Shown: positions 29,026 through 40,332 of the stretch, in pieces | Layout: every line of letters begins with the position of its first letter | Position numbering within the stretch: the first letter of the stretch is position 1 | Origin: an uncultured Candidatus Saccharibacteria bacterium | GTDB lineage: Bacteria; Patescibacteriota; Minisyncoccia; Phycocordibacterales; UBA12088 | Direction of reading: 5' to 3' | DNA: 64,000 nucleotides | Assembly (NCBI GenBank): GCA_964531785.1 | Contig: CAZHFF010000001.1 | Location: forward strand, 84,338-148,337 | Notes under the pieces: model-generated | Database searches by the model: none | What the model saw: only the letters and a program-made list of their open reading frames with translations | Told to the model about the DNA's origin: nothing | Position numbers and translations under genes: made by a program

Positions 29026-29742
29026 CTAGGACCAAAAGAGTACGAGGCCGCCGAGCCGGGTTGAGTCAGCCATGTTCGAGATGATGATCGCAAGGTCGGC
29101 GAGCGTTATCTTGCCGTCCTGATCAAGGTCGTACTGCGCCTCGTAGGCGAGGAACAGCCTTGACGAAACGATGCCAAAGTCGATCAGGTTGACCTGCGCA
29201 TCACCGTTTATATCGGGTGAGGGTGCCGACGCTTCCCGTACCGAGAGGATGATCGGACTTTTTTTGCTGGTGAGCTCTGTGCCCTGTCCGTCGTGGGCGA
29301 GTACGTGCGCCTCCCCCCAGAGCACGCTCGCCTTACCCTGTTCGAGCGGACGGAGCGTGAGCGTGAAGAGCGTCCCGGACCCGGTAAAACCGGTCGGAGA
29401 GACGACGCCGCCTGCAAATCGTAGCTCGCCGTCCTTCAGCACCGGTTCCTCTGCCCAGAGGTCAATGATCGAGCCGTCGTAGGCGATCCGCTCGACCACG
29501 AACTTGTCCATAGGCACAGCGATCGTGCCGCTCACCACGTTGATCGGCTGCTTGCTCGCTAGGTTGACCTGGAGCGTAACCTGCTCACCGACCGCAACGA
29601 AGCGCCCATCTTCGGGTACCAGGTACACGTCATACGGGCTTCGTATGAAGGAGAGCGATGTTGCCAATAGAACGATGACCGGCAGGCCTACTGCCAGGGT
29701 GTACCTATGGCGCAACAGCTGGTGTGTTACCATCCGGAACAT
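29026..29742 (-). CDS. Protein with one cohesin and one dockerin domain
   Basis: N-terminal hydrophobic helix; VGEQVTLQVNL...PINVVSGTI...GSIIDLW...GELRFAGG...GFTGSGTLFTL (cohesin); DINGDAQVNLIDF and DLDQDGKITLADL (dockerin). GGAGG precedes the ATG at 29742. Confidence 0.8.
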   Translation of the reverse strand: MFRMVTHQLLRHRYTLAVGLPVIVLLATSLSFIRSPYDVYLVPEDGRFVAVGEQVTLQVNLASKQPINVVSGTIAVPMDKFVVERIAYDGSIIDLWAEEPVLKDGELRFAGGVVSPTGFTGSGTLFTLTLRPLEQGKASVLWGEAHVLAHDGQGTELTSKKSPIILSVREASAPSPDINGDAQVNLIDFGIVSSRLFLAYEAQYDLDQDGKITLADLAIIISNMADSTRLGGLVLFWS

Positions 29743-29835
29743 CAGTACCTCCATAGTACCAGGAACAGGATCCCTGTGGAGCCTGTGCTGGTGATAACTC
29801 GGTCCGCATGCTCGCGACGCGCGTATACTGGAGGT

Positions 29836-30351
29836 ATGAAGAGCGTCCTGGTGGTCGGTCTGTTCTGCTTGGTGTGCCTGCTCGGTTTTGGTATCTGGTA
29901 CTACAGCGACCCGAGTCCGGAACCAGCAAGCGACGAGTCCAGTGTTCCTCCCGATGGGATCCCGGTGCCGATCTACTTTTACCAGCAAGCGACCGATGTC
30001 GATCAGAACGGTAACCTGCTGTGCTCCCGCAAGGGTGTCGTGTCCGTGCGACGCTACCTGCCACCGAGCCACACCTTGGCTGATCGTATCGAGCTCGTGC
30101 TTGGCGGCAAGCTTACGGCGAACGAGCGCGCGCAGGGCATCGCGACCGAGTATCCGCTCGCCGGCGTGCGGCTCGTGAGTGCGGTCATTGAGAACCGTAA
30201 GGCGATACTCACGTTCGAGGATGTGCTCGGCAAGACGAGAGGTGGAGCGTGTCGTTCGGCCATCCTTTGGTACCAGCTCGAGCAGACCGCGCTCTCGTTC
30301 GGAGAGGTGCGCGATGTCGAGTTCCGGCCTTCCAGTCTGTTCCAGCCCTAA
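29836..30351 (+). CDS. GerMN-domain protein
   Basis: N-terminal anchor; LTANERAQG..TEYP...GGACRSAILWYQLEQTALSFGEVRDV is typical of GerMN; TATACT lies 6 nt before the ATG. Confidence 0.7.
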   Translation: MKSVLVVGLFCLVCLLGFGIWYYSDPSPEPASDESSVPPDGIPVPIYFYQQATDVDQNGNLLCSRKGVVSVRRYLPPSHTLADRIELVLGGKLTANERAQGIATEYPLAGVRLVSAVIENRKAILTFEDVLGKTRGGACRSAILWYQLEQTALSFGEVRDVEFRPSSLFQP

Positions 30352-30390
30352 GGGCTAGCGCCTTGTCTCACGCAGCCAGCCTACCTTGCC

Positions 30391-30915
30391 ATGCACCGCT
30401 CACGCCTACTTGCACAAGCCTCGACGTACCTTGATGAGGCGATATACGGCGCGAATGACGGGATCATCACCACGTTCGCGGTCGTTTCAGGTGCGACCGG
30501 CGCCTCCCTCGGGTTCGAGTCGATCATCATTCTTGGTTTTGCGAATCTAGTGGCTGATGGGTTCTCGATGGGGGTCTCGAGCTTTCTCTCGATACGTACG
30601 GAGGTTGACGTAAAACGTGCGCACGGCCAGCGCGTGTCCGGCGACCTTAAACGGGCGAGGAGCAGGTCGCTCGTCACCTTTGGCGGGTTCGTGTTCGCCG
30701 GGCTCTTACCGCTCTTGCCGTTCTTCTTTGTCGTCGGGCATGAGTTCCTCGTGTCCTGCATCGCGACCGCGACCGCGTTCTTTGTGGTTGGCGGTCTCAG
30801 AAGTCTCGTCACCAACAGGTCGTTCGTTGTATCAGGACTTGAGATGCTCGCGGTAGGCGGGGTCGCCGCCGCGCTAGCCTATACGGTGGGGGTACTGCTA
30901 CGCACGCTCGTGTAG
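30391..30915 (+). CDS. VIT1/CCC1 family Fe/Mn transporter
   Basis: IYGANDGIITTFAVVSG, GFANLVADGFSMG, GLLPLLPF. Confidence 0.92.
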   Translation: MHRSRLLAQASTYLDEAIYGANDGIITTFAVVSGATGASLGFESIIILGFANLVADGFSMGVSSFLSIRTEVDVKRAHGQRVSGDLKRARSRSLVTFGGFVFAGLLPLLPFFFVVGHEFLVSCIATATAFFVVGGLRSLVTNRSFVVSGLEMLAVGGVAAALAYTVGVLLRTLV

Positions 30916-30969
30916 CTCTTGGCACAGGAAAACCCCGCACAGGGCGGGGCGTTCGGTTGAGCGAAGAGC

Positions 30970-31179
30970 TCAGAGGAGCAATCGCTGGCAATAGCTCGTG
31001 AGCCAGGTCGGCAGGACCGGTTCGATGAGGTGAACCTCTTTGAGTGTGCGCAAGAGGTGTCGCAGCTCGTCCGTCGATACCGTGTTCTCCGTTTCGTACC
31101 AAGCCTGCATCACTACGTCGGACACGTTAACGCGGAGGCGTTCCGCCGTTAGGGTGAGCAGTCCCATGGTGCTCGTCAT
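30970..31179 (-). CDS. Small hypothetical protein
   Basis: Short ORF filling the gap downstream of pyrD; no recognisable motif. Confidence 0.35.
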   Translation of the reverse strand: MTSTMGLLTLTAERLRVNVSDVVMQAWYETENTVSTDELRHLLRTLKEVHLIEPVLPTWLTSYCQRLLL

Positions 31180-31287
31180 GTTCGGTTTCCGTGCTGGTTG
31201 CCTCTTGGAACCATACGACAGCTTCAAGTCCGGTGCAACCTGCACGGTTTCCGTCCCGGTGCTACGCTACAAGGTCCGTCGCAGCCG

Positions 31288-32337
31288 CTAGGCTCGTGCC
31301 CGCGCGGCGTACGCAGCTGCTATTCCGCTGATGAGGCTCGGTCCTGTATAGATCATGCCGGTGATCATATGTATGAGCTTGGCGCCCCGTTCGAACTTCT
31401 CTATCGCATCGTCGACCGAGAGCACGCCCCCGCACCCGATGAGCGTGAAGCGATCACCGTATGATTCGTGTGCGAGGGACAGGAGGCGGTTGCTGTCGTC
31501 CCGACAAGGCGCGCCGGACAGGCCTCCTGTGTAGGACGCCGGTTTCTGGTCGCGCGGGTCGATGTGGCGATAGTCTTTTTGGAGGTTACCGATGATCAGT
31601 CCTTGGACCCTGTGGCGAGCGGCGGTCGTGCAGAGCGCGTGGAACTGTGCCTCCGACACCGAGATCGGCATTTTCAGATAGACCGGCTGCTTCGTCTTCG
31701 TTCGTTCGAGTGCAGATAGGAGCAGATCCAAGTTCTCGGGTTGGAGGAACAGCTCTCCGGTGCAGGTGTTGGGGCACGAAATGTTCACCGTGAGCCAGTC
31801 ACCGACCCGGTGTTCGACCAGGTGCGCGAAGCTTGACCGAAAATCCTCAATACCCGCCTCGAGGGACGCAGAATCCGTATCGTTCGTTCGAGCGATCGAG
31901 ACACCGACCGCAAACCCAGGTACTCGCCGAGCCTGTTTCAGGCGTGCGGTGACCTGCTGTACGCCCTCGTTTCGCAGACCCTTGTTGACCACGAGGCTTT
32001 TCGTGTACGGGAGACGGATCTGGTTCGGGGGAGGGTTGCCTGCGCACGGGCGCGCGGTCACCGAACCCACCTCCTCACCACCGAAGCCGATCGCGGGGAG
32101 TGTGTCCGTGAGGAGCCCGTTCGGGTCGAAGCCGGCAGAAAGCACGACCGGCGTATGGTACCGCACCCCATCGATCAGCACCTCAGCATCGTGCTTACGA
32201 TAACCGTAGATGGCGCTGAGTGCCGACCTGCCGGGCGGTAGCGTGCCTGCTATCTTGCCAAGCGGCAGGATGCTCTTGTGGACCAGTTCCGGGTCGATAC
32301 GGAAGAGCAACGGCCGAATGACGTTCTTGTAGAGCAT
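31288..32337 (-). CDS. pyrD: Dihydroorotate dehydrogenase, class 2 (quinone-dependent)
   Basis: N-terminal RPLLFRIDPE..H, SAGFD.NG, GSVT, NKGLRNEG, NISCPN, GGLSG, IGCGGV. Confidence 0.88.
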   Translation of the reverse strand: MLYKNVIRPLLFRIDPELVHKSILPLGKIAGTLPPGRSALSAIYGYRKHDAEVLIDGVRYHTPVVLSAGFDPNGLLTDTLPAIGFGGEEVGSVTARPCAGNPPPNQIRLPYTKSLVVNKGLRNEGVQQVTARLKQARRVPGFAVGVSIARTNDTDSASLEAGIEDFRSSFAHLVEHRVGDWLTVNISCPNTCTGELFLQPENLDLLLSALERTKTKQPVYLKMPISVSEAQFHALCTTAARHRVQGLIIGNLQKDYRHIDPRDQKPASYTGGLSGAPCRDDSNRLLSLAHESYGDRFTLIGCGGVLSVDDAIEKFERGAKLIHMITGMIYTGPSLISGIAAAYAARARA

Positions 32338-32375
32338 GGTCGGAGGAAGGGTACCCGTAGTATACTATGGTAACC

Positions 32376-33539
32376 ATGTGGAGACTATGGAGCCTGTTTG
32401 GTGCGTTTGTGCTAGTCGGGTTCGCACTGCTCGGGCCGTCGATCGGGCTCGCAGGCAACACGGACCAGAAAGCCGAGCCCGAGCTTCACTTCTTCTACAG
32501 CGAGACCTGCCCACACTGTATCAAGCAGCAGTCGTTCCTTGATACTATCGAGGAGAAATACCCGGAGCTCACCGTGCATCGGTATCCCGTGAGCGATCCT
32601 GCTCATCACCCGCTCATGCAGCGCCTGCTCGAGGAGCACGGTGCGTTGCGCAACTTTGGTATGGTGCCGCTCACGTTCGTTGGCGAGTCCTTTTTTCCGG
32701 GTTTCGGCGGCGTCGAAACGACCGGTAAAGAGATCGAACGCGCGATCACGGTGCTGCTCGGCCATGCTCCCGAACCAGCCGGAACGTCGGCCCCACGCAC
32801 CTTTACGGTGCCGCTCGTGGGCACGATCGACCCGACCGGGTATCCGTTGTACGCGCTCGCGCTCCTCTTGGGGTTTCTTGACGGGTTCAATGTCTGCTCT
32901 TTGGGTGCACTTGTGATGATCATTGGCCTCACCCTGAAGCTTCAAAGGAGGCGCGCGATCATCCTGTTTGGCGGCACGTTCGTCGTCATTACGGCCCTCA
33001 CGTACGGTGCGCTCATCGTACTCTGGTATCAGCTCTTCGCGACGCTTGGCACGTACCTGGGTACCATGAAGGTCGCTATAATGCTGCTGTCGCTTGGAGG
33101 CGGGCTCTATTTCCTCAGGGAGTTCCTGAGGATGCAGAAAACAGGGGCCGTGTGCACCATGGCCGAGCTCCCGCTCCTCACGCGGCTCTCCGACCGCACC
33201 ATGCGTGCGTTCACTGACAAGACCGCGCTCCTAGGGCTGCTCGGCCTGGTCGTCGCGTTCGCCGCGGTCGTGGCGATGGTAGAGTTCCCATGCTCCGCAG
33301 CGGTGCCGGTCGCGTTCGCGGCGCTCCTTGCCGATGCAGGCCTTACAGGCCTTGGCTACCTGTCCCACATCGCGCTCTTCGTGTTCGCGTATATGCTTGA
33401 TGAACTCGTGATCTTCGGTATTGCGGCGTGGCGACTCAAGCTTTGGCTTTCGAGCGGGGCGTTCACCAAGTGGGCGGTGCTTGCAGAAGCGTTCATACTG
33501 CTTGGTATAGGGGTCTGGTACCTTCTAGCACTGCTATAA
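32376..33539 (+). CDS. Thioredoxin-like (CPHC) domain fused to DsbD/CcdA-like transmembrane domain
   Basis: Signal peptide, FYSETCPHC, then multiple TM helices with DGFNVCS and EFPCSA Cys motifs. Confidence 0.85.
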   Translation: MWRLWSLFGAFVLVGFALLGPSIGLAGNTDQKAEPELHFFYSETCPHCIKQQSFLDTIEEKYPELTVHRYPVSDPAHHPLMQRLLEEHGALRNFGMVPLTFVGESFFPGFGGVETTGKEIERAITVLLGHAPEPAGTSAPRTFTVPLVGTIDPTGYPLYALALLLGFLDGFNVCSLGALVMIIGLTLKLQRRRAIILFGGTFVVITALTYGALIVLWYQLFATLGTYLGTMKVAIMLLSLGGGLYFLREFLRMQKTGAVCTMAELPLLTRLSDRTMRAFTDKTALLGLLGLVVAFAAVVAMVEFPCSAAVPVAFAALLADAGLTGLGYLSHIALFVFAYMLDELVIFGIAAWRLKLWLSSGAFTKWAVLAEAFILLGIGVWYLLALL

Positions 33540-33584
33540 AAAAGAGTGCAGTACTCAAGGAGAGTACCGCACAGGTCCGTTCAG

Positions 33585-34076
33585 TTACGGACGGTGAAAC
33601 ACAAGGTGCCCGTCCGGCTCTAGGACGGCACCGAATTTTCTATTGAAGCGCTGACTTGCGACATTCGCTGGATTGACCCAGGTCCTGACGTACTCGATCT
33701 TTGGATCGCGAAAGAGATGATCGAGCACGGCCCGCTTCACACTGCTGCCGATGCCGCGACCTGCGAGCTCATCGGGTCCAATGAGGGTTTCGCCCCAACG
33801 TACGTCTTTCGACCCGAACCAAACGGAAACAGAGCCGATCGGTGTGTTATCACGCCCGCGAAGCATCCACTGCCATGTTCGCTCCGGCCACGGGGAGAGT
33901 ATCAATGATGAGCCTTGGATGCTATCTAGTGGCACCTGAAGGGGTCCACCCATGAAGCGCGCCACACGCTCTTTACTGCGCCACGCATACCAGAGCGGCA
34001 GGTCCTCGTACTCGAAGGGAACGAGCACAAGGTCGCGCATCATCTGCAACACAGGTGTTTTTGGTGCAAGGATCAT
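33585..34076 (-). CDS. GNAT acetyltransferase (RimJ/RimL-like)
   Basis: PIGSV, GRGIGS, NPANVASQRFNRKFG motifs. Confidence 0.8.
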   Translation of the reverse strand: MILAPKTPVLQMMRDLVLVPFEYEDLPLWYAWRSKERVARFMGGPLQVPLDSIQGSSLILSPWPERTWQWMLRGRDNTPIGSVSVWFGSKDVRWGETLIGPDELAGRGIGSSVKRAVLDHLFRDPKIEYVRTWVNPANVASQRFNRKFGAVLEPDGHLVFHRP

Positions 34077-34677
34077 TGTATTCCTCCCAGTACCATGAAT
34101 TGAAAGGGGCTTAACGCCACGACCACGCCCGACGTGATGAACGACCGAAGCGGAAAAAGGCTTGCGGTCCAGTCACGCTGCATAACAGGTCGGATTATGC
34201 CAACGAATGAGGCAAGAGTAATGAGCATCCATGCCTCGAGGCATTCGTTCGCTGCGTCCTCGGCAAGGCGTAGCCAGAGCGGTATGAATCCTATCGTGAT
34301 CGCCAGATTAATTATGAGCACCGAAAACACCGATGCTTTCGCTTGGTTACGATGAAGAGTGTGAATCCGAACGTTGACAGCGCAAGTACGAAGCCGTCGA
34401 GTAGTCGTAGCGTACCGTATGACTCCGTAATGATACAAGTCACGATGATGAAGACGGCACCACCAAGCCCGGTTACAAGATATGCGTTCGTTCGCAAATC
34501 GCGCTGTCCCTCCCACCACAGAATGGCAAGGTTCATGGCCGAGCTTGCGGTAAGGACGAGCCATGTCGTCAGTGCGGTATTAACCGCGCCTGTAGCCACG
34601 CCGGCAAGATAGAAGCCGAGCGAAGCTAACGTGAGTACCGCCGTAAGGTATGGCGCGATTCGATTGAACTGCCGCAT
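34073..34677 (-). pseudogene. Frameshifted multi-pass membrane protein gene
   Basis: The hydrophobic ORF from 34677 (AAGGAGG SD upstream) continues in a second frame near 34340 (...ASVFSVLIINLAITIGFIP...). That frame's stop overlaps the GNAT start (ATGA). Confidence 0.7.
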
Positions 34678-34743
34678 GGCAGCCTCCTTCCTAATGCAAG
34701 GTCCAAGAAATAAAAAAGCACGAATATGTGCCTACTGTTTGCA

Positions 34744-34772
34744 ATTATAACACAATACAGGTTGTTGAGCAA
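34744..34772 (-). promoter_or_regulatory. Sigma70-type promoter for the membrane protein/GNAT operon
   Basis: TTGCTC, 17 nt, TATAAT on the minus strand. Confidence 0.55.
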
Positions 34773-34812
34773 ATTTCACGTATCTCCTTTCCGGTATCTC
34801 GTTGTGCACTTT

Positions 34813-35283
34813 TTACTTTTGAGCTGTACTTTTGCCTTTTGATCTTTGCATTTTAACCTGCTCTTGCATCAAAGCTTTATCCCTACACCCTTTACACTTA
34901 CACCCATACGGCTTGATGAACTCATCGACATACTCTTTGCCGTAATCGTAGGTCAGCTCTTCGCCTGGCTGTATCACGCGTCGCGCTTTGATGAACACCC
35001 GCTTGCTGGCAAGCACAGATTCGCAGTTAGCCCGTGCGCATTGGTGGTTGATGTAGCGTGCGAGGTTCGTTCGGGCGCTTCCGTCTATCGTCCAGCGTGC
35101 ATTCACTTCGAACAGGTACTTGGTCTTCCAGCCAAGGATCGCCTCGTTCCGGTACAAGGTACCCGTGTACTCGAGGTACTGGCCGGGTTCGATGCGTGAG
35201 GTCGCGAACAGTCCCAGACCGGCGCTCGACCGACCGATGCGAACGTGGGTACGGGGTATGGTGCGCGTGCGTCGTACGTCCAT
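34813..35283 (-). CDS. SET-domain protein (lysine methyltransferase family) with post-SET Cys motif
   Basis: GLGLFA, EYTG, NLARYINHQC, GEELTYDYG, CKCKGC. The last ~15 codons come from one arm of the heptamer repeat. Confidence 0.9.
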   Translation of the reverse strand: MDVRRTRTIPRTHVRIGRSSAGLGLFATSRIEPGQYLEYTGTLYRNEAILGWKTKYLFEVNARWTIDGSARTNLARYINHQCARANCESVLASKRVFIKARRVIQPGEELTYDYGKEYVDEFIKPYGCKCKGCRDKALMQEQVKMQRSKGKSTAQK

Positions 35284-35413
35284 ATGGCGCTCTATCGTAG
35301 CACGGACCACCTCATATGCTCAAACCGGCGGCGGGAGGAGGTGCGCCGATTCAGTGCTCCGTGAATGCACAGCAGCAACTCGCGTCAGCATGTGCACGCG
35401 GTATACTGGATAC

Positions 35414-36724
35414 ATGGATGAGCTTCCGGCCCGCACGATACAGAACTTCGACGAACTAGCCACGACTCCAGCCCGCGCGAGCCTCCTAACGATCGCCGAG
35501 GCAGGGTATGAAGCGATACGTACACCTCATGTCATTGCCCGGGCGGTCACGCGCGATGGCACGCTCCTTACCGTGCAAGGGCGGTCGTACGATCTCGCGA
35601 GCTACGAGCACCTCTTTGTCATCTGTTTTGGCAAGTGCGCACAGGATGCGGCACACGAGCTTGAGGCGATCCTTGGCGACCGGATCGATGATGGTGTCGT
35701 GCTCGATGTGCGGGAGGGAGCGCCGCTTTCGCACCTGCGCGCCTATGCCGGCACCCACCCCTACCCATCGCCCGAGAACGTGCAGTACACCCGCGTGATC
35801 CTCGACCTGGCACAACAGGCAGGACCGCATGACCTGGTGCTTGTTGTGGTGTCAGGTGGTGGCTCAGCGCTTCTCTGTCAGCCGGAGAGCCATTCTGTTC
35901 ATGATGAGCTCGAGCTCGTGCGACACCTGTTCAAGAAAGGTGCCTCGATCCACGAATTGAACACGGTACGGAAGCATATCTCCCGCGCACGGGGCGGGGG
36001 GCTTGCCGCAGCGGTCTACCCGGCAGAGCTCGTAACCCTCATCTTTTCCGATGTGCCGGGGGATGATCTTGCAACGATCGCCTCGGGTCCCACGGTCCTT
36101 GATACGACGTCGCTCGACGACGCGCTCGAGCTGTTCCGGCGCTATGATGTCGCGGCGACCGGTTTTTCTGAACAGCACCTCTTCGAGACCCCGAAAGAGC
36201 CGGAGTATTTTGCCTCGGTCCGCAACGAACTGGTGCTCACCAATACGACCGCGCTCGACGCAATGCGGGACACGGCGGAACGTCTGGGGTATTCGGCGGA
36301 GGTTCGCGAGCGAACACTGCAGGGCGAGGCACGCGAAGTTGCTGAACGGATCGCTTCGGAGCTTCATGGTGCGCCGGCACGCACGGTCTGGCTCTATGGA
36401 GGAGAAACCACGGTGACCATCACCGGACCGGGCAAGGGCGGCAGGAACCAGGAGTTCGCACTCAGCGCGCTCCGGAGCGGCAAAGACGACGAGCTCTATC
36501 TCTCACTTGCGTCGGATGGTAGGGACAATACGGACCATGCAGGGGCTATAGCAGATCAGGTTACCCGCATGCAAGCGAACGAGCAGCGACTTGACCCGAC
36601 GCAGTACCTCTATACGAACGACTCGTTCGCTTTTTTCCACACCTTACATCAGGGGGTGTGTACGGGGTATACTGGAGCCAACGTTGCCGACCTTATCATT
36701 GTGATGAAGCACGACATCGATTAG
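35414..36724 (+). CDS. Glycerate 2-kinase (DUF4147 plus MOFRL)
   Basis: GKCA, HPYP, SGGGSAL, ELNTVRKHIS..RGG, SDVPGDD...IASGPT, GGETTV...GKGGRNQE, TGANVADL. Confidence 0.92.
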   Translation: MDELPARTIQNFDELATTPARASLLTIAEAGYEAIRTPHVIARAVTRDGTLLTVQGRSYDLASYEHLFVICFGKCAQDAAHELEAILGDRIDDGVVLDVREGAPLSHLRAYAGTHPYPSPENVQYTRVILDLAQQAGPHDLVLVVVSGGGSALLCQPESHSVHDELELVRHLFKKGASIHELNTVRKHISRARGGGLAAAVYPAELVTLIFSDVPGDDLATIASGPTVLDTTSLDDALELFRRYDVAATGFSEQHLFETPKEPEYFASVRNELVLTNTTALDAMRDTAERLGYSAEVRERTLQGEAREVAERIASELHGAPARTVWLYGGETTVTITGPGKGGRNQEFALSALRSGKDDELYLSLASDGRDNTDHAGAIADQVTRMQANEQRLDPTQYLYTNDSFAFFHTLHQGVCTGYTGANVADLIIVMKHDID

Positions 36725-36788
36725 CAGGAGTTTAACGGGCAATGCCTCGTGCACTGCTTACGACCCTCGGGTCTGCACTTTATACAAT

Positions 36789-39209
<2,421 letters not shown>

Positions 39210-39228
39210 AACATGTGGTGATACAACA

Positions 39229-39255
39229 GAACCGCCGCTTGGGTGCGGCGGTTCG
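39229..39255. terminator. GC-rich hairpin after ppsA
   Basis: GAACCGCCGC-ttgggt-GCGGCGGTTC, perfect 10-bp stem; weak U-tract. Confidence 0.5.
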
Positions 39256-39271
39256 TGGTACACTGGTCCCT

Positions 39272-40276
39272 ATGACGAGCGTGGGTTTCTACAGCACAGA
39301 AGGGTGGGAACGGGAACGCCTGGAGCGGGAGCTCGGCGCTGCCGCCTCGTTCACGTTCTACGAGCAGCCGCTCGGTGGGGTGAACGACGGAGCGCGTCAT
39401 GAGATCGTGGTCGTGCGGCCCGACAGTATCCTCGATGTCGAGCTCCTGAACGGGCTTCCCGACCTTCGATACATCGTCACACGATCCACGGGTTTCGATC
39501 ATATCGACCTTGCGACCGCTGCAACACGAGGTATACGTGTTCTCTACGTCCCTTCCTATGGGAGCGCGACCGTGGCTGAACATGCGTTCGCGCTCCTATT
39601 GTGTCTCTCGAAGCGAGTATTTGACGGGTATGAACAGGTGCGCGAACGTTCTGATTTCGACCCACGCCGACTGCGCGGCTTTGATCTCGCCGGGAGGACG
39701 ATCGGCATGATCGGGACGGGCAGCATCGGTCGACATGCGGTAGGTATCGCCCAGGGCTTCAGGATGAGCGTCGTGGCGCACGATGTGCGACCCGACGAAG
39801 CGTTCGCGGCAGAGCGTGGTATACGCTACCTCCCCCTGGAAGAACTCCTTTCCGTGAGCGACGTGGTCATGCTCCACGTCCCCGCGAATCCGCAGACGAG
39901 ACATTTGCTCAACCGCGGCAATCTACCGCTCATGAAACAAGGCTCGGTCCTCATTAACACCTCACGAGGTTCGGTCGTTGAGACCGAGGCTATTGTAAAG
40001 GCCCTTGCAGAGGGCCGGCTTCGTGGTGCCGGACTCGATGTGTTCGAGGAAGAAGCGGTCGTCCGTGATGAGCTGCACCTCTTGGCACGAGGCGACATCA
40101 AGGAAGAAGAGTACCGGCTGCTCGTCGCGAACCACGTGCTCGTCGATCATCCCGGCGTCATCGTGACGCCTCATAGCGCCTACAATACCGACGAAGCGCT
40201 TGCGCGCATCATGGACACGACCGTGCAGAATGTGCAGAGCATTCTTAGCGGAGCGCCTATCAATGTGGTAGGCTGA
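39272..40276 (+). CDS. D-isomer-specific 2-hydroxyacid dehydrogenase (D-lactate dehydrogenase/hydroxypyruvate reductase-like)
   Basis: TRSTGFDHID, VAEHAF, GTGSIG, LINTSRG, LDVFEEE, TPHSAYNT. Confidence 0.92.
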   Translation: MTSVGFYSTEGWERERLERELGAAASFTFYEQPLGGVNDGARHEIVVVRPDSILDVELLNGLPDLRYIVTRSTGFDHIDLATAATRGIRVLYVPSYGSATVAEHAFALLLCLSKRVFDGYEQVRERSDFDPRRLRGFDLAGRTIGMIGTGSIGRHAVGIAQGFRMSVVAHDVRPDEAFAAERGIRYLPLEELLSVSDVVMLHVPANPQTRHLLNRGNLPLMKQGSVLINTSRGSVVETEAIVKALAEGRLRGAGLDVFEEEAVVRDELHLLARGDIKEEEYRLLVANHVLVDHPGVIVTPHSAYNTDEALARIMDTTVQNVQSILSGAPINVVG

Positions 40277-40332
40277 TACCTCCGGCCAAGGTTACATACC
40301 GGTCGCCGGTTACTAACGTTATTCGTATACCT

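Noticed and set aside
24835-29742. A true cellulosome
   Set aside because: No glycoside hydrolase or CBM domain is recognisable on the dockerin proteins, and there is no multi-cohesin scaffoldin in the window.
35120-35413. Long N-terminal extensions in the ORF track (glycerate kinase; also 21552, 26037, 29707 and 30072)
   Set aside because: They overlap neighbouring genes or promoters; downstream ATGs have -10 or SD support and begin the recognisable domain or signal peptide.
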